Source: Psammoneis japonica (Eukaryota). From it: a stretch of 64,000 nt of DNA. The DNA is taken from the NCBI GenBank assembly GCA_008632985.1, contig QPGO01000066.1:265771-329770 (forward strand). The letters run 5' to 3'. Position 1 is the stretch's first letter; every line of letters begins with the position of its first letter. Both the position numbers and the translations under genes were made by a program. A model generated the notes under the pieces. The model was not told the origin of the DNA and did no database searches. It worked only from the letters and a program-made list of their open reading frames with translations. Below, piece by piece: positions 48,337 to 60,630 of the stretch.

Positions 48337-48810
48337 TTATGGGTCGCTTCCTTCTCTCAAGAGCCACTGGGTCGGGTCCGGCAACGGCTTGTACCCAAAT
48401 GGTTTGTAGAATTCGTGTGCATCATTTGTTCCAAGTACTTGTCGTTTAATGGATCTTGTCGATGGGTGATTGACCAATGTGTCCACAAGAGCCGTTCCAA
48501 GTCCTTGTCCCGTGTGTTTTGGATCGACATAAACGTCACAGAGCCATCCAAACGTGACCAAGTCGGTCACCATGCGACCAAATCCCACCATTTTTTTGAA
48601 TTCGGTGCCACTGTCATGTTTCTCGTAAATGCCGCAGACCAATGCAGAATTTGCAAAGGATTGATCCACAGCTTTTCGAGAACGACCAAGAGCCCAATAG
48701 GCATGATTGGATAAGGATGAATGAACAAAATCCATGTCGAGACGGGCTCGATCGGTCGAAATCAGGTACTTGTTATTTCCAACTTTTCGTTCCGTGACGG
48801 AAGCCATCAT
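48337..48810 (-). CDS. GNAT-family N-acetyltransferase
   Basis: ISTDRARLD..YWA; VGFGRMVTD...WLCDVYVDP.H.GQGLG (acetyl-CoA motif A); DAHEFY..FGY. Confidence 0.92.
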   Translation of the reverse strand: MMASVTERKVGNNKYLISTDRARLDMDFVHSSLSNHAYWALGRSRKAVDQSFANSALVCGIYEKHDSGTEFKKMVGFGRMVTDLVTFGWLCDVYVDPKHTGQGLGTALVDTLVNHPSTRSIKRQVLGTNDAHEFYKPFGYKPLPDPTQWLLREGSDP

Positions 48811-49241
48811 TGTGATTGATGAGAGTCAAATGTATTGTGAGCACAGCTCATCATTTATGTTTTGAATTGACCGTGGGCTTCTCGGTTGTTCCTTCTCACA
48901 TGGCGGAGTGACGATGATGTTGAGACGTGCAATCTTTTTTGCGGACCAAAAAAAGTGATCGCTCAAGAATAAATTTTGGTTCTTCGTGGATATATAAATA
49001 AATAAGAAAATGACATTTTCAATTAAAATGTTCTATATATATGACGTATAAATAAATAAAAGTCGACTCCCTCCAACCTTCACCCCTCACCCCACTTTTT
49101 TCGCTAAAAGGCAAACACAAAAAACTCAAGAGAAAAAGACGATAGGATTGCGTTGCGCCCCAGCAATACTCATCTTTGGTGCCACCCTCGTCAGAGGTAG
49201 AAAGCCTTGATATAGACAGAGTTCATTCGATTTGAAGTAGT

Positions 49242-50218
49242 ATGGCGTTTGGTCTTTGGTAAGTCGAAATTGCAACACGATTTTGTGATGGAAAGATCCA
49301 AAATACCCACTCACATCATATCTCTCTAATATTACATTTTCAGTTCGTATCCACACGGATGGTTTGCTACAACGGGACTCATTGTATTATGCATGGGAGC
49401 CGTGGCCATGACGGCGTATGCCGTCGCGAGTTGTCACTTTGTCGTGGTAGAATTCACTTCTGTCAGAGGAACGTTTGAAGAGTATTTTGACGGAGTACGC
49501 ACCGCGGGTGATGTAGAACAACACAAGGTCGAAGCTGGCTTGTTTACATGGTTGAAACCAAAAAAAATCAGGACAATTGGAGTAATGGTGAATGCATTGG
49601 ATACTCGGAACGAATGCGTGATTCGCGCTGTCGGATGGACTCTTTGAAGCGTCGCGATTTTTTGGCATTGTGGTGGTTTTGTTTGGTGTCGTCGTGTTGG
49701 TGTGGTCCTTTGTTTTGGCGTGTTTGCCCATGCGAAAATGGCAATTATACTTGTATCGTGGACTGCTACTGCTGTTGGTCATTTTGACGTGTCTTGAATT
49801 TCTAATCAAGAAATCGGCACTGTGTACCGAGTTTCAACAAGACACGTCGTGCTCCTTGGCAAACGGTGGTCTCGTCAATGTCGCCGGAGCAGTCTTGTGG
49901 TTTGCGACATTTTTGCTTGCCACATTTTGTATCAATGTAGAAGAACAAAAGAAGATGAAATTGAAAAAAGAAATGGACGAAGCGAGACGACGACGCCGTC
50001 GTAGACGAGAACGACGACAAGAGAGGGAGGAGCAAGACCGTAGTGTGCCTGCAAATGACGTGGAGGTAGCCATGGTGTCGTCCTCGAAACAACGCCCATC
50101 TACACCCGAAACCACCAAAAATGATGATGACGACGACGAGATTGCTGATGAACAAGCCATTGAAGTGAACATCGGAAGCTTTTTAGATCGGGTTGAATCC
50201 ATTGTGGAGGAAGAGTAG
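49242..50218 (+). CDS. Four-TM (claudin/amastin-like topology) membrane protein with two apparent frameshifts
   Basis: Exon 1 49242-49258 and intron 49259-49343 give MAFGLCSYPHGWFATTGLIVLCMGAVAMTAYAVASCHF. The frame slips at the A-run near 49560 and near 49625. Charged C-terminal tail. Confidence 0.7.
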
Positions 50219-50279
50219 TATTTTACGGCTACATGCCACGGATGCTCTGATGCTTGTATGGCAAGTGGAGTGAGCCTAT

Positions 50280-50980
50280 TGAAAGCTCATATTGCCAATC
50301 CAATTCAAAATGTTCTGTACAAAGCGCACTCTTGTCTATATGGCCGTCAATGATGTGGAGTACGATTTTCTAAATGCTTACGCACAAGTATGTTTTACTA
50401 ACAATCACGACATGAAACCGAGCTTTTTGACAACCGACTATTGAGAAACAGTAAACGGCGCTTTTGTTGGGCATATCCAAACACTGAGTATATCCTTTAC
50501 TACCTCCGACTCTATTATTGGAAAAGCCCAATCAACTCACGAGAGACTGCACGGGTATTGGTAAAGCCGAATCAACTCATCCGAGACTATGCACTGGGCG
50601 TCAAGTCACCCAAATCGGTGTAATGTACGGCTGTTTTATAAAAGCTCATATAGTACCAACCGAAGGAGCAATTTCCTGTACAAAGCGCAACAAACACACA
50701 TTTGAAGTATATAGATGTTGAGCAGATGGTATGAGTCTCGTTTCTAATGGCCGTCAAAACGATGTGGAGTAGTATGACTATATCTAAATGACTTACGTAT
50801 GTTTAGCTCTAGACATTCAACCGAGCTTCTTGACAAACGCCTCGAGAGAAACAGTAAACCGCGCTTTTTTTTGGTTTGCTCTGCCTCAGGAAACGACTCT
50901 ATATTACCATATTTTTTATTGATAAAGTCGAATCAATTCATCCGAAACGGCACTGGGTGTCAAGACCCCCAAATCGGTAA
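50280..50980. repeat. Diverged tandem duplication of about 350 bp covering the eIF2B-alpha 3' end and UTR
   Basis: About 50280-50620 versus 50638-50980 share AAAGCTCATAT, CTGTACAAAGCGCA, ATGGCCGTCAA, GAGAAACAGTAAAC and GCACTGGG.GTCAAG..CCCAAATCGGT. Confidence 0.75.
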
Positions 50981-51994
50981 AGAGCAACGTGATGAATTTT
51001 GCCGGAGTGTAATCACAGGGTGGACTCGTCACATTGACCTTGTCGGGTAGCTTGACCAAGCCAGGAATGACACTTGTACTTGAATCATCGGTAGCAACTG
51101 CTTTTTCTTCCTCTTTGCTGTCCTTGGCACGTTGCCAAGAAACCGTATCCACAAAATCCAAATGAACACGATCCATGGATGGCAAATCCGATTGATTCAA
51201 TGGATACATTCGTGCAAACTTGTACGATTCCGCCGCGACATAGACGGGTTTTCCACACGCTTGAGCACACGTGGCCAAGGCATAGGTACCCATTTTATTG
51301 ACGATTCCTCCATTTTCCACAACACCCTCGGCACCGACCAAAACCAAATCAATGGATTCCATAATGTATCCCATGGCCGAATCCAAACGACGCGTGTCGG
51401 TATTCCCGCCTTGCAGTACAATTCGGCCGCCTTGGCACCGGAGGCATCGGGACGGCCTTCCAACAAGACAACATCAAAATGTTTGGTTTCGGCTGCTCTT
51501 AATAATAGGGAAGCCACAACACGACTTGCTCCATGTGTCAATACCGTTTGTCCTTGTTGAATAAAGCCCTGTCCCACCTTGGCAATGGAATCCCGTGCCG
51601 ATAAACTAAGAGTGGCAAAGTGTTGTCCCCGTTCCAATACGAGATGTTTACACGCATCGAAATTGGGTGTTTCCAAAAAAGTTCGTGTAATGTACTTTAA
51701 AAACAATTCACAACCACTTGCCAATGCAATATGAGACCTTCCTCCCAACAATGTTCCTTGTGTGGCAAATTCAATCAAGGTGGCACTGCCTTGCTTTAAT
51801 TCATCTGTAGTCCCATCATGGTGTTGGCTTGTGAATGAGAAACAATATCGAGCAAAGCCTTGATTGCAGCAACCGGTAATGCAACAGCCGAACGTCATCA
51901 AGAGGTTTCTTGGGACCCAAATAACGACGAAAGTCTTGAATGACAGACGGATATGAATCGTCGTCGTTGTTGTTGTTGTTGTGTTGGAGCTCAT
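50916..51994 (-). CDS. EIF2B1: Translation initiation factor eIF2B alpha subunit (4 apparent 1-bp frameshifts)
   Basis: [107 protein letters not shown]. Confidence 0.92.
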
Positions 51995-52777
51995 GGCTGT
52001 TGATGCTGCTGTTGATTGTGTGATTGTGTGTCTCGAACAAAAAAAAAAGTGAGACGAGATTACTGTCCGTCCATCTATCCGTCTGTCTCGACGTACAGAC
52101 TGCGCTGAAATTCACTGGAGGCTGAAAAAATACGTCAGCGCATCCCAATTTGGCGCGGTTTTGGAGCTGTAGCGAAGTACCAATTCCTCTGTAGAATTTT
52201 TTGTACAGAAACAGTGATAGTGAAATTCTTTCAGTTTTGGTGATACTCGTGGCTCTAAATTATGGCGCGCGAAGTAAAGGGCGTGGCCGTCTTTCTAAAA
52301 ATATAGCAAAATCCAAGATTCCAAACATGTATGGAGAAGTTCACAGATTCTTACGGCGATGCAGGAATGATCGAATTCATTCTTACAACAATGAATCTTC
52401 GGAATTTATATCCATTTCTACATTCACTCTAATATCATAATTGATGGCAAGGAGAAGAACATGCCGCGCCTCATCGCAGACGGCGGAGTAACAATACGCG
52501 ACGTTGAATTTGTACTGTTGTTTGCGTTGTTACTGCGTACGACAACAGCAGCAACACGATCGATCGACTCTCGGCACCTTTGTTGTGACAAGAATCGTTC
52601 CGTTGACTCATTCACAAGTCTAAAAAGGAATCAAGGGAGTGAGTGCTATTCTTACAAGAAGAAGCAGAGATTCAAGAAAAAAAAAGTCGCTAGAGTAGTC
52701 GCGCTATAAAAAATCGCAAACAGGTGTGTTGAGAGCGAGATTTTCACCGTGTTTGTATTGCATCAAGAACAACAACC

Positions 52778-55700
52778 ATGTCTTCCACGAAAAAGAAATT
52801 GCTTGAATCATCTTCCGCAGCTGAGAAACAACAAGCGGCAGAGACCATGACCAAGTTGATGATTCATAATAACAACAACAAGACGAAAAAGACTCCTCTT
52901 CCTCTACCACTCCCGACTGTCACGGTAGACGAAGCCACCATGCAAGACCGTGCTGCTATTGCACGTGCTTATGCTCTTTCCAATGACAAATCCAAGTTAC
53001 CACCATCACTTGCAAGAAAAAAGGTTGCAGCAGCAGCTACCAAAAAAGCATCAACTACAACAACAACACCATCATCAAAATACTTTGCTACAACGCCTCT
53101 GACACGTCCTACACCACCGGGTACAAAGCAACAGCAACAACAATTACTATTACAACAACAACCCAAACGAAAAAAGCCAGAACAACAACAACAACAACAA
53201 CCATCGGTACGACGAAAGATTCCTCCAATCGTTCATGAAGATGATGATGATTATGCACGTTTTGTCAAGAGTCTCGATATGGATCTCTTATCACTACCAC
53301 CGTTTTTACCCGAAGATGATATTGAGGATTATGAATATCAAATACCCCAAGACGAAGATGAAGATGCTTCGGAGGATGAAGAAGATGAAATGCAATTGTT
53401 AACCATGGATATGGATTTCAGTGCATGTGATTCACACTTGACAGCAACGTCGTCTCCACTGAAACAAAATAACAAGCCTATATGTGACTTGGCGGAATTG
53501 TCTCCCCTCGACTTGTCGCTGCAAGACGCCACGACGGGATCTGATCCATGGTCTTTGCATCTCGAAGCTGAATTGGGTGGATTGCTCGAAGAAGATTTGG
53601 AAGCTGCCTTGCACGTCTTGGGCAACACTACGACTACTCCACCGTCACCGTCTCTGGAAAACAGCAATAGCTCTACATCGACTCCGATGCGTGGTAAATC
53701 ACGTTCCACCGTCACCACAACACAACGGCAGCGTCTTGGCAAATTGTTGGAACATCACTATCAATTATTGGTACAACAATGTCTCTTGTCGATTCGTGCG
53801 GCACACGCCCAGAAGCAATCCAAAAAACCCGACAATTTTGGTGCCGAAACCCAAGAAGATTTGGCGGAAATTTTGGATGGTGCCGTGGGCATGTTGCAAG
53901 ATTTAAATCAGGTGAGTACTTGTGTGTGTGTATAATGACTGGTGTAGTTTGAACAATATGACTCACTCTTACCCCATCTACTCTCTCTCTATTCATTTAC
54001 AGAACCGCAAGGACGCAATTCGTAATTCCATTCAACTCGAACCACCCAAAAAACCAACGGGTGGGAAACGTTCCTTGTTGCCCATGTTGGATCAATCGGG
54101 ACGACGATTGACCCGATCCGCCTTTACGAAAACGTTGGATTCGTCGGCACGTGGAATCACAACCTCGTTTGATGTCAAGGGCTTGTCCATGCTTCAAGAA
54201 ACCTTTGACACCATTGACAAGAGCATACAACAGGGAAGCAGTACCAATAGTCTTTTGGAACAAAATCCACGACAAGCCTGTCAAATGCTATTGCGACAAG
54301 CCGGAGCGCATTCCGAAGAAAGCATGTTGCCGGAAGCACGTGATTTGTCGTTGCACTTTTCGCATCCCAAGGAAGTCTTTGGAAATGACTTTTTGCCTCC
54401 ACTCACCAAGGAACAAGAAGTGCAGCTTCGAAAGAATCGGAATGTCTTTACGGCGGGAGAAGATAATTTGGTCTTACGGGGAGTGGTGAGTAGACATGTC
54501 GTCATGAGAGTTTTTTTGTGATGAGAGGTGTCTTGATGTTTTCGTTTCTGACTTGTACTCTTGCGCTTTCTTAGAATCTTTACGGAGAAAAGCAATGGCT
54601 CTTGATTTCGGATCGCTACCTACCGGATCGCTCCGTCAATATTATTGCTCAACGGTACTCCAAGCTCTGTCTGTTGGTGTATCAGGCGCAGGGCATTTCG
54701 ATCGATGAGCAAGGCAACCTACCCACTCCGCCCAAAAACAAAAACTCCAGCAACCTGGACGAGGTGGCACTGTCCAAACTGAAAAAGGTGGAACCTCCGG
54801 CTATTCTCAATGTACATCGATGGAGTTTAGAAGAAGACCTGACTCTGCTCAAGGCCGTTCCACTGCTGGGTAACATGTGGGCGGAGCTGAGTCTGCGATT
54901 CATACCGCACCGAGATCGTGGGCATTTGCGAAAGCGATATCAGGTATTGGAACGACGCGTCAAGGCGACGCATCAGCGTTCCAAGAGAGGAGACGGCACG
55001 GCCAGTCCCAAACGGCCATCACTGACACAACCACGACCGCCGAGGAAGAAACCGAAACTGACAAGCAATGCATCACTTCCAGTGACGACTCGTCATGCTG
55101 GAATGCCGCCCCAATACATGCCACACGCTTCCTCCGTGCCGCCGCCGGCTTCGGCCGGTGGTGTCAACAAGAACCGAATGACCAATGGTGTGATGCATCC
55201 CGGTGCACCGTCGGCGCGGAAACCCGGTTTTCAACTTGCGGCACGAAGCCGTCCGGGACAACAGCTGCCCAAAGCGGATGCTGCTCCCAAGTTTGCGGGA
55301 TTATCCAAATCAAACGGGGAGCGCAAGACGTCATCCTCCAAACCGCCGTCTGGTGGCGGTCCTGCCACACCCGAGGTCAAGGCGTCTCTCCTGCAGCCTC
55401 GAGTCCAGAACTTGATGTAGCGGACACCGAATCATCGACTCGACACGATACACGAAGTGGTTTTGAAAAACTCTTGGAGGAAGGAACAAACGACTGGTCA
55501 CAAATGCCGCGATTCAAGAAAATGCTAGAGAACGATACGGAAAGCATGGTTGCAAGTGCCATCGTCCGAAATCTGTCGCAAGCGGGCGACAGAATAGAGA
55601 ATAGAAGTGATGACGTGGAGAGGCTACCGCAGATTGAGGTGGATTCGACAACCTCGAGCGGATTCTCCATGTTGAATACAGAGGGGGAAACGACGAGCCC

Positions 55701-56397
55701 AGCAAAGTCGGAAGGAGGCACGAGTAGGAGCATTTGGGCGAGTGTGTTTGAGAAAACCAAACCTCGCCAGTCAGACGGCAATGAGGATAAGAATGGGACA
55801 GACCACGCACTTCCTCTCCCGGTCCCATCCACGCCATCCAGAGCCTCTGGCTTTGCTGTTCCCACAACTCCAATTGGTCTCTCGCCTGGGATAAAATCTG
55901 GCTTTTTGTCTCCCGCCGGGTTCCGAAGCGGGTTTACGCCCACGGGGAGAATGGGCTTTACTCCGACGGGTACGTCAAAGATTGGTCTTACTCCAACAGG
56001 CAATTCCATGATGTGGAACGGTGGTGCCGGTGCCGCGAGCTCGGATGGGTATGAGCTCTGCAACTTTGAAATTTCGGATCGAAGTCGACAAGCGCTTGAC
56101 GACGATGGTCCCAAAAATGGCGGTATGAATTTTCCCTTGACGCCGTCCACGGCGGGTTTGTTTGCGGAAGGAAACAATAGCTTGATGGCAAATGACTTTG
56201 AGGCAATATCTGCTCTGAATTCGTTGAGCAACTCGCCGGCTCGCTCGTTGCTGAAGAGACCAAATCCTGACACTAGTAGCTTTACGTCGTCTACTGCAGA
56301 AAAGAAGGGTGGGGAAAAGATTAGCTTCTTTGCCAAGGCTATTGGTGGTGTCCACGACAAGGAGTCAAACAAGAAGAAAAAGAGGCGGGTCTCATAA
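52778..56397 (+). CDS. Myb/SANT-domain protein, GON4L/YY1AP1/DUO3-like
   Basis: Exons 52778-53911, 54003-54485 and 54575 onward (GT-AG introns, in frame). QRQRLGKLLEHHYQLLVQQ; FTAGEDNLVLRGVNLYGEKQWLLISDRYLPDRS; WSLEEDLTLLKAV. A frame switch (or unrecognised intron) near 55370 is needed to reach the stop at 56397; otherwise it ends at 55420. Confidence 0.8.
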
Positions 56398-56568
56398 TTT
56401 GATCTCTCAATCGGTGAACGCAATTTCAAGAAATAAGCATATTATAGTACGATAAGTGGGGTTCTAACGTGTAGATATTAGAAATTAAAATGCATGCCAA
56501 TGTCCCATCTTGAATGTGCCGCTTTATTGCTTACTTCCCCCCCAAGCATACGGACTCGCACAATACTA

Positions 56569-58764
56569 TTACCCTTTCCATGCCATCCCAATCATCATTC
56601 GGTGGAGGTCAGCTTCTGTGGCACCGGAATCTCGGAGAAGTCGGGCAATCGCGGAGGCGCTCCGTTTCACCAGAGCATATTGTTTGTCGCTCAAATCACC
56701 GGGTAGCTCCACTTCGCACTCGAGTCTGGTAACGACGCCTTTCCTACCAAAGAGACCTTTCCGTTTCACTTCCACTACAGTTCTACCATACGTGACGGTG
56801 CCATGCTGCGAAATCTTTCTCAGGTTCGTTTCTATGTGATCTTTTCTCCGAATCACGGCCTCGTTCCAACCTTTATCGTCGTCCATGAAAACGCCGGAGA
56901 AGGTCACCCCCGTAACGGATACACCATCAGCACCGGCTGCAGAACTTTCTGTGTCGTCGGCTCTGTTGCCTGGACCTTCCAAAGTTGAGTGCTCTTTGGC
57001 AAAGCGGACGGACTCGGCGGGCAGAATCCGAGGCCCCCCAAGCATTGTTTCAATATATCGCAAGAGGTGTTCCCGGAGATTTAAATAGGGCATTGAGGGC
57101 AGTCCCAAGGACTCCAGTGCTTTTGGCCAGAGAGTCTCCAGCAGATGGTCGGCAGCCATATTCGTCTGCTGCCAACCTTTATCGTCGTCCATGAAAACGC
57201 CGGAGAAGGTCACCCCCGTAACGGATACACCATCAGCACCGGCTGCAGAACTTTCTGTGTCGTCGGCTCTGTTGCCTGGACCTTCCAAAGTTGAGTGCTC
57301 TTTGGCAAAGCGGACGGACTCGGCGGGCAGAATCCGAGGCCCCCCAAGCATTGTTTCAATATATCGCAAGAGGTGTTCCCGGAGATTTAAATAGGGCATT
57401 GAGGGCAGTCCCAAGGACTCCAGTGCTTTTGGCCAGAGAGTCTCCAGCAGATGGTCGGCAGCCATATTCGTCTGCTGCGGAATCCAGACAAGGTTTTTAA
57501 CGGCGGGGTGATAACCATCAAGATTGGTCAAAAGCCAAGGAGCCAGCAACACACAAAGCCCTTTTTGTTGCCGTCGACGATGCATGAACGTATTCAACGC
57601 CTTCACGCAGAACTCTCGCTGCCGAAATGAGGGAGAAAGAATCACCAAGGCGTGCGTGCATCGATAGGCTGGATGGACCAAGGCCTCGACCTCTGACTGT
57701 CCCCAAATGATGCCACTTCCATCGTCCAGAAAGGCGTCAACCTTGGCAATCTGTGTCAAGAACCAATGGGTGGGACGGGCGATATCATCCTTGGCGGCGT
57801 CTTGACCCGTATAACAAATAGAAACGTACGGCGTGCTGTTCATGGGCCACACCTTTTCGGGGCTCTCACATTCGGGAAAGGGCAATTTCCCAACATATCG
57901 TTCGTCTCCAGAGGACGATAGCAAGAGTGTATCCGTGCCATCGACTGCAGAAGCCTCGGAGTTCATCGGTGCCGATGATGGCAGAGGCGCCCTCATGGCA
58001 GGGGAAACTTTTGGCAAGGAGCGCCAACAGTTACTAACCCCTTTTTGCCAATCCCTATAAGCGACCCCACCCTCCAGCAATCCAGCACGGGCCAACGGCG
58101 ACATAAGGTACAACAACTCGACTCCGTCCGTGTCCAAAAGGGCAACAGCGGGACTCTCCTCTTTGCCATCGGGGACAATGCCATTTCGCACACCTTGAAC
58201 CGCAAAACAAGGCGTAAGATGTGTCAGTATCAATGTGTCGGTAAGAGGCAATCCGCCGTCGCTGGAAAGGAGCATGTCAAATAATTGTCCCAGCAAAGCA
58301 TCCGGTGCGTCCAAGATCATGCAAATGCATTTCTTCCAGATCGCTCCAATGAGAATTTCCTCCAGCTGTGAATCTGTTGCTCCGGCAGCCTTCAAATGGC
58401 TCGCAATGGCACGGGCAGAAGCCTTCACTATCTCATGGTTCCCTTCGCTTAAATCGTTGGGTAGTGAAGTGGTACATTCGAGTTTGATGATCACACTTCC
58501 AAACCAACCTCGGATCTTTGGCCTGCCGTACGTCACAGAGCCAAACTTTTTTATCTTTCTGAGATTTTCTTCAATGTAGGACTTTTGACTCATGACATTA
58601 CTTGCCCAATCAATGTTTCCCTCCATGTTGGCATTCGAAAATGCCACCGCCACGACGGTATGCCCCGACTCGGAATAAGCCTGAGCCGACGAAAACAGAG
58701 TATCATCCTCTGCACGGTCCGACCCTTCGAGGAGGGTGTCGTCAGCCCTTCCAGAGTCCCCCAT
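56569..58764 (-). CDS. TIR-like domain protein flanked by two copies of an unrecognised domain of about 110 aa
   Basis: YVSICYTGQD...AFLDD...G......CTHALVILSPSF.QREFCVKALNTF follows the TIR/TIR_2 pattern. N- and C-terminal domains share IE.NLRKI..G.VTYGR...LEC...LP.DLS......VK.SA.AIA..L...GAT...L....IG..WK. Confidence 0.75.
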   Translation of the reverse strand: MGDSGRADDTLLEGSDRAEDDTLFSSAQAYSESGHTVVAVAFSNANMEGNIDWASNVMSQKSYIEENLRKIKKFGSVTYGRPKIRGWFGSVIIKLECTTSLPNDLSEGNHEIVKASARAIASHLKAAGATDSQLEEILIGAIWKKCICMILDAPDALLGQLFDMLLSSDGGLPLTDTLILTHLTPCFAVQGVRNGIVPDGKEESPAVALLDTDGVELLYLMSPLARAGLLEGGVAYRDWQKGVSNCWRSLPKVSPAMRAPLPSSAPMNSEASAVDGTDTLLLSSSGDERYVGKLPFPECESPEKVWPMNSTPYVSICYTGQDAAKDDIARPTHWFLTQIAKVDAFLDDGSGIIWGQSEVEALVHPAYRCTHALVILSPSFRQREFCVKALNTFMHRRRQQKGLCVLLAPWLLTNLDGYHPAVKNLVWIPQQTNMAADHLLETLWPKALESLGLPSMPYLNLREHLLRYIETMLGGPRILPAESVRFAKEHSTLEGPGNRADDTESSAAGADGVSVTGVTFSGVFMDDDKGWQQTNMAADHLLETLWPKALESLGLPSMPYLNLREHLLRYIETMLGGPRILPAESVRFAKEHSTLEGPGNRADDTESSAAGADGVSVTGVTFSGVFMDDDKGWNEAVIRRKDHIETNLRKISQHGTVTYGRTVVEVKRKGLFGRKGVVTRLECEVELPGDLSDKQYALVKRSASAIARLLRDSGATEADLHRMMIGMAWKG
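56866..57478. repeat. Perfect in-frame 306-bp tandem duplication
   Basis: Units start at 56866 and 57172. The ORF track shows identical peptides 306 bp apart. Confidence 0.95.
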
Positions 58765-59503
58765 GATATGTTGACTACTTGTTCTCCGTGTCACGTTCCG
58801 TCAAACTAGTACAGGATACAGAGAAAGAGAGCTTCGAAGAGAGGAGCGGACGATAGCACGCCCCGAATTGTGTGCTTGAGTGACGAGAGAAGCGAGACTT
58901 GGGGTTTTCCTGTGAAATATTATTCACGGTGAGATGTCCACGTTCCGTCGCTGCTCGACGAAACGTTAATGGAGATGTTATTCAAACCATGCCTACCCAA
59001 GAGGACACTAAAATTTGATCCCTGGTAGTACAACTCTGTATGCACGAGAAAATATGCAGCACTAGTAAGAAAGACAATTTGGTCTGTCGAAGAGCAGGGC
59101 CCATGCAAGTACATACCCTTAGTTTTTCACTAATAAGCGTTTTCTGAAGATACATTCATGGACGGCTTACTGTTCATTGCATCTCTCACATTCCTTCGCT
59201 AGTTTGAAGACGTCAGAGGTGCTACTTTGGGTAGGAGCACAATGCTATTAGCTATAACTAGAGGTGAACGAGTAAGTAGAGCTAAAGAGCCGCAGCCAAT
59301 CGGGTCACAATCGGCATATGCCCGTCTAAAGGGTCAAGTTCGTGCCCGGTAACGTTCAATGCTGCGCATCGGATACAGCATGTTGTAGTAATATGTAGAG
59401 AACTATGGATTCTCACCAGGAGCATGCCAATTGCTTGTCAACGGTGAGATTTGCGAACTCCGAAACAACGCTTTTCTCTCGGCCATCATTTCATGCAAAC
59501 AGC

Positions 59504-60241
59504 TCAAACCAAAACCGCTCTCACAAGGTTAGCAAATATAGTCCACACTCCAAACGAGACGACGCATCCCAGCACTGAAACAGCAAACGTCCTTTGATTG
59601 CTCCACAAATGCCGACGATTCATGTGCTCTAGATATTTTCTAACCACGGGAGCTAGGCCAATTGTCAGAGACACATGGCTCAACAATACTTTCCATTTCA
59701 AAAGAACATTGATTCGACGTCTAAACAACATGGTAAATGCCGCACCAAGGGCTTGTCGAACCGTAACTTGTGGTTCCTGAACAACTCGGACAGCCATAAA
59801 CAACGTATCCAGCAAAACATAAGACAAAGCAAGTGAGCATAGAGTACTCTTGTATGGAGAAAGACCTCCGGCTGACGATGGTACCGGCTGCTTCTTTGTC
59901 GGATCCGTTTTATCTTGGACACGTAATGATCCGCTTGTCCACAAGTTGGGCATCAACAACCAATCGTCCTGGGGTCGTTCTGTTTTCGCGAAGCGAGGTC
60001 CGAATGCACCAAAATCCATCTTGGCCCGATCCTCCGCTTCCTTTTGTTTGATTTCTTTATAGTCTTTCTCGGTAAGACCTTGTGGAACATACGGGCCGGG
60101 GCCTGGTAGGAAGTCACCTTTGCTTATAGGCTCTTGTTGTGGCTTTGGCTCTTTTCTCCATCGAGCACGAGCACCAGAGATTGAAAAGGACTGTGCCAGA
60201 TCCACTGTTATCAATAGCAAAATCAAACATTTCGAGCTCAT
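59504..60241 (-). CDS. Hypothetical membrane protein, probably plastid-targeted
   Basis: Signal peptide ending LAQS-FSI (ASAFAP-like), motif YVPQGLTEKDY..IK.KE and C-terminal hydrophobic helices. The start could be further upstream (up to 60313). Confidence 0.7.
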   Translation of the reverse strand: MSSKCLILLLITVDLAQSFSISGARARWRKEPKPQQEPISKGDFLPGPGPYVPQGLTEKDYKEIKQKEAEDRAKMDFGAFGPRFAKTERPQDDWLLMPNLWTSGSLRVQDKTDPTKKQPVPSSAGGLSPYKSTLCSLALSYVLLDTLFMAVRVVQEPQVTVRQALGAAFTMLFRRRINVLLKWKVLLSHVSLTIGLAPVVRKYLEHMNRRHLWSNQRTFAVSVLGCVVSFGVWTIFANLVRAVLV

Positions 60242-60630
60242 TCTCAAACGATACGCCATACTGCGTATTCTCTTTTGTTGTGAAGTTGTGTGTGTCGAGC
60301 CGATCAGCATCATTCGGTGCTCGTCAGCTGCGCTTCTTTGCTTTTTGCTGTCGTGTTGATCGAGAAAATGTGAGCACGCATCCGTGACACGGCCACCCTA
60401 AGCTAAAATTCTCAACGGGGGCAGTATTTGATGACTCAAAGGAAGAAATCATGACGTTTGATACGAAGCATTTTGGGTAGAAAATTTCACGTATGCAATG
60501 ACGTGGCCGTCTCAGGATCGTCATCCCGCCCTGGTTGAACATCACACAATCCGATGACAACCGCAAAAAAACGCAAAGACACCATTCACATTTTTTTCTT
60601 TGAAACTGTCGCAGAGCAGTACAACCAATC

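Noticed and set aside
55377..56429. 350-aa minus-strand ORF
   Set aside because: Antisense shadow of the Ser/Pro/Thr-rich Myb gene C-terminus.
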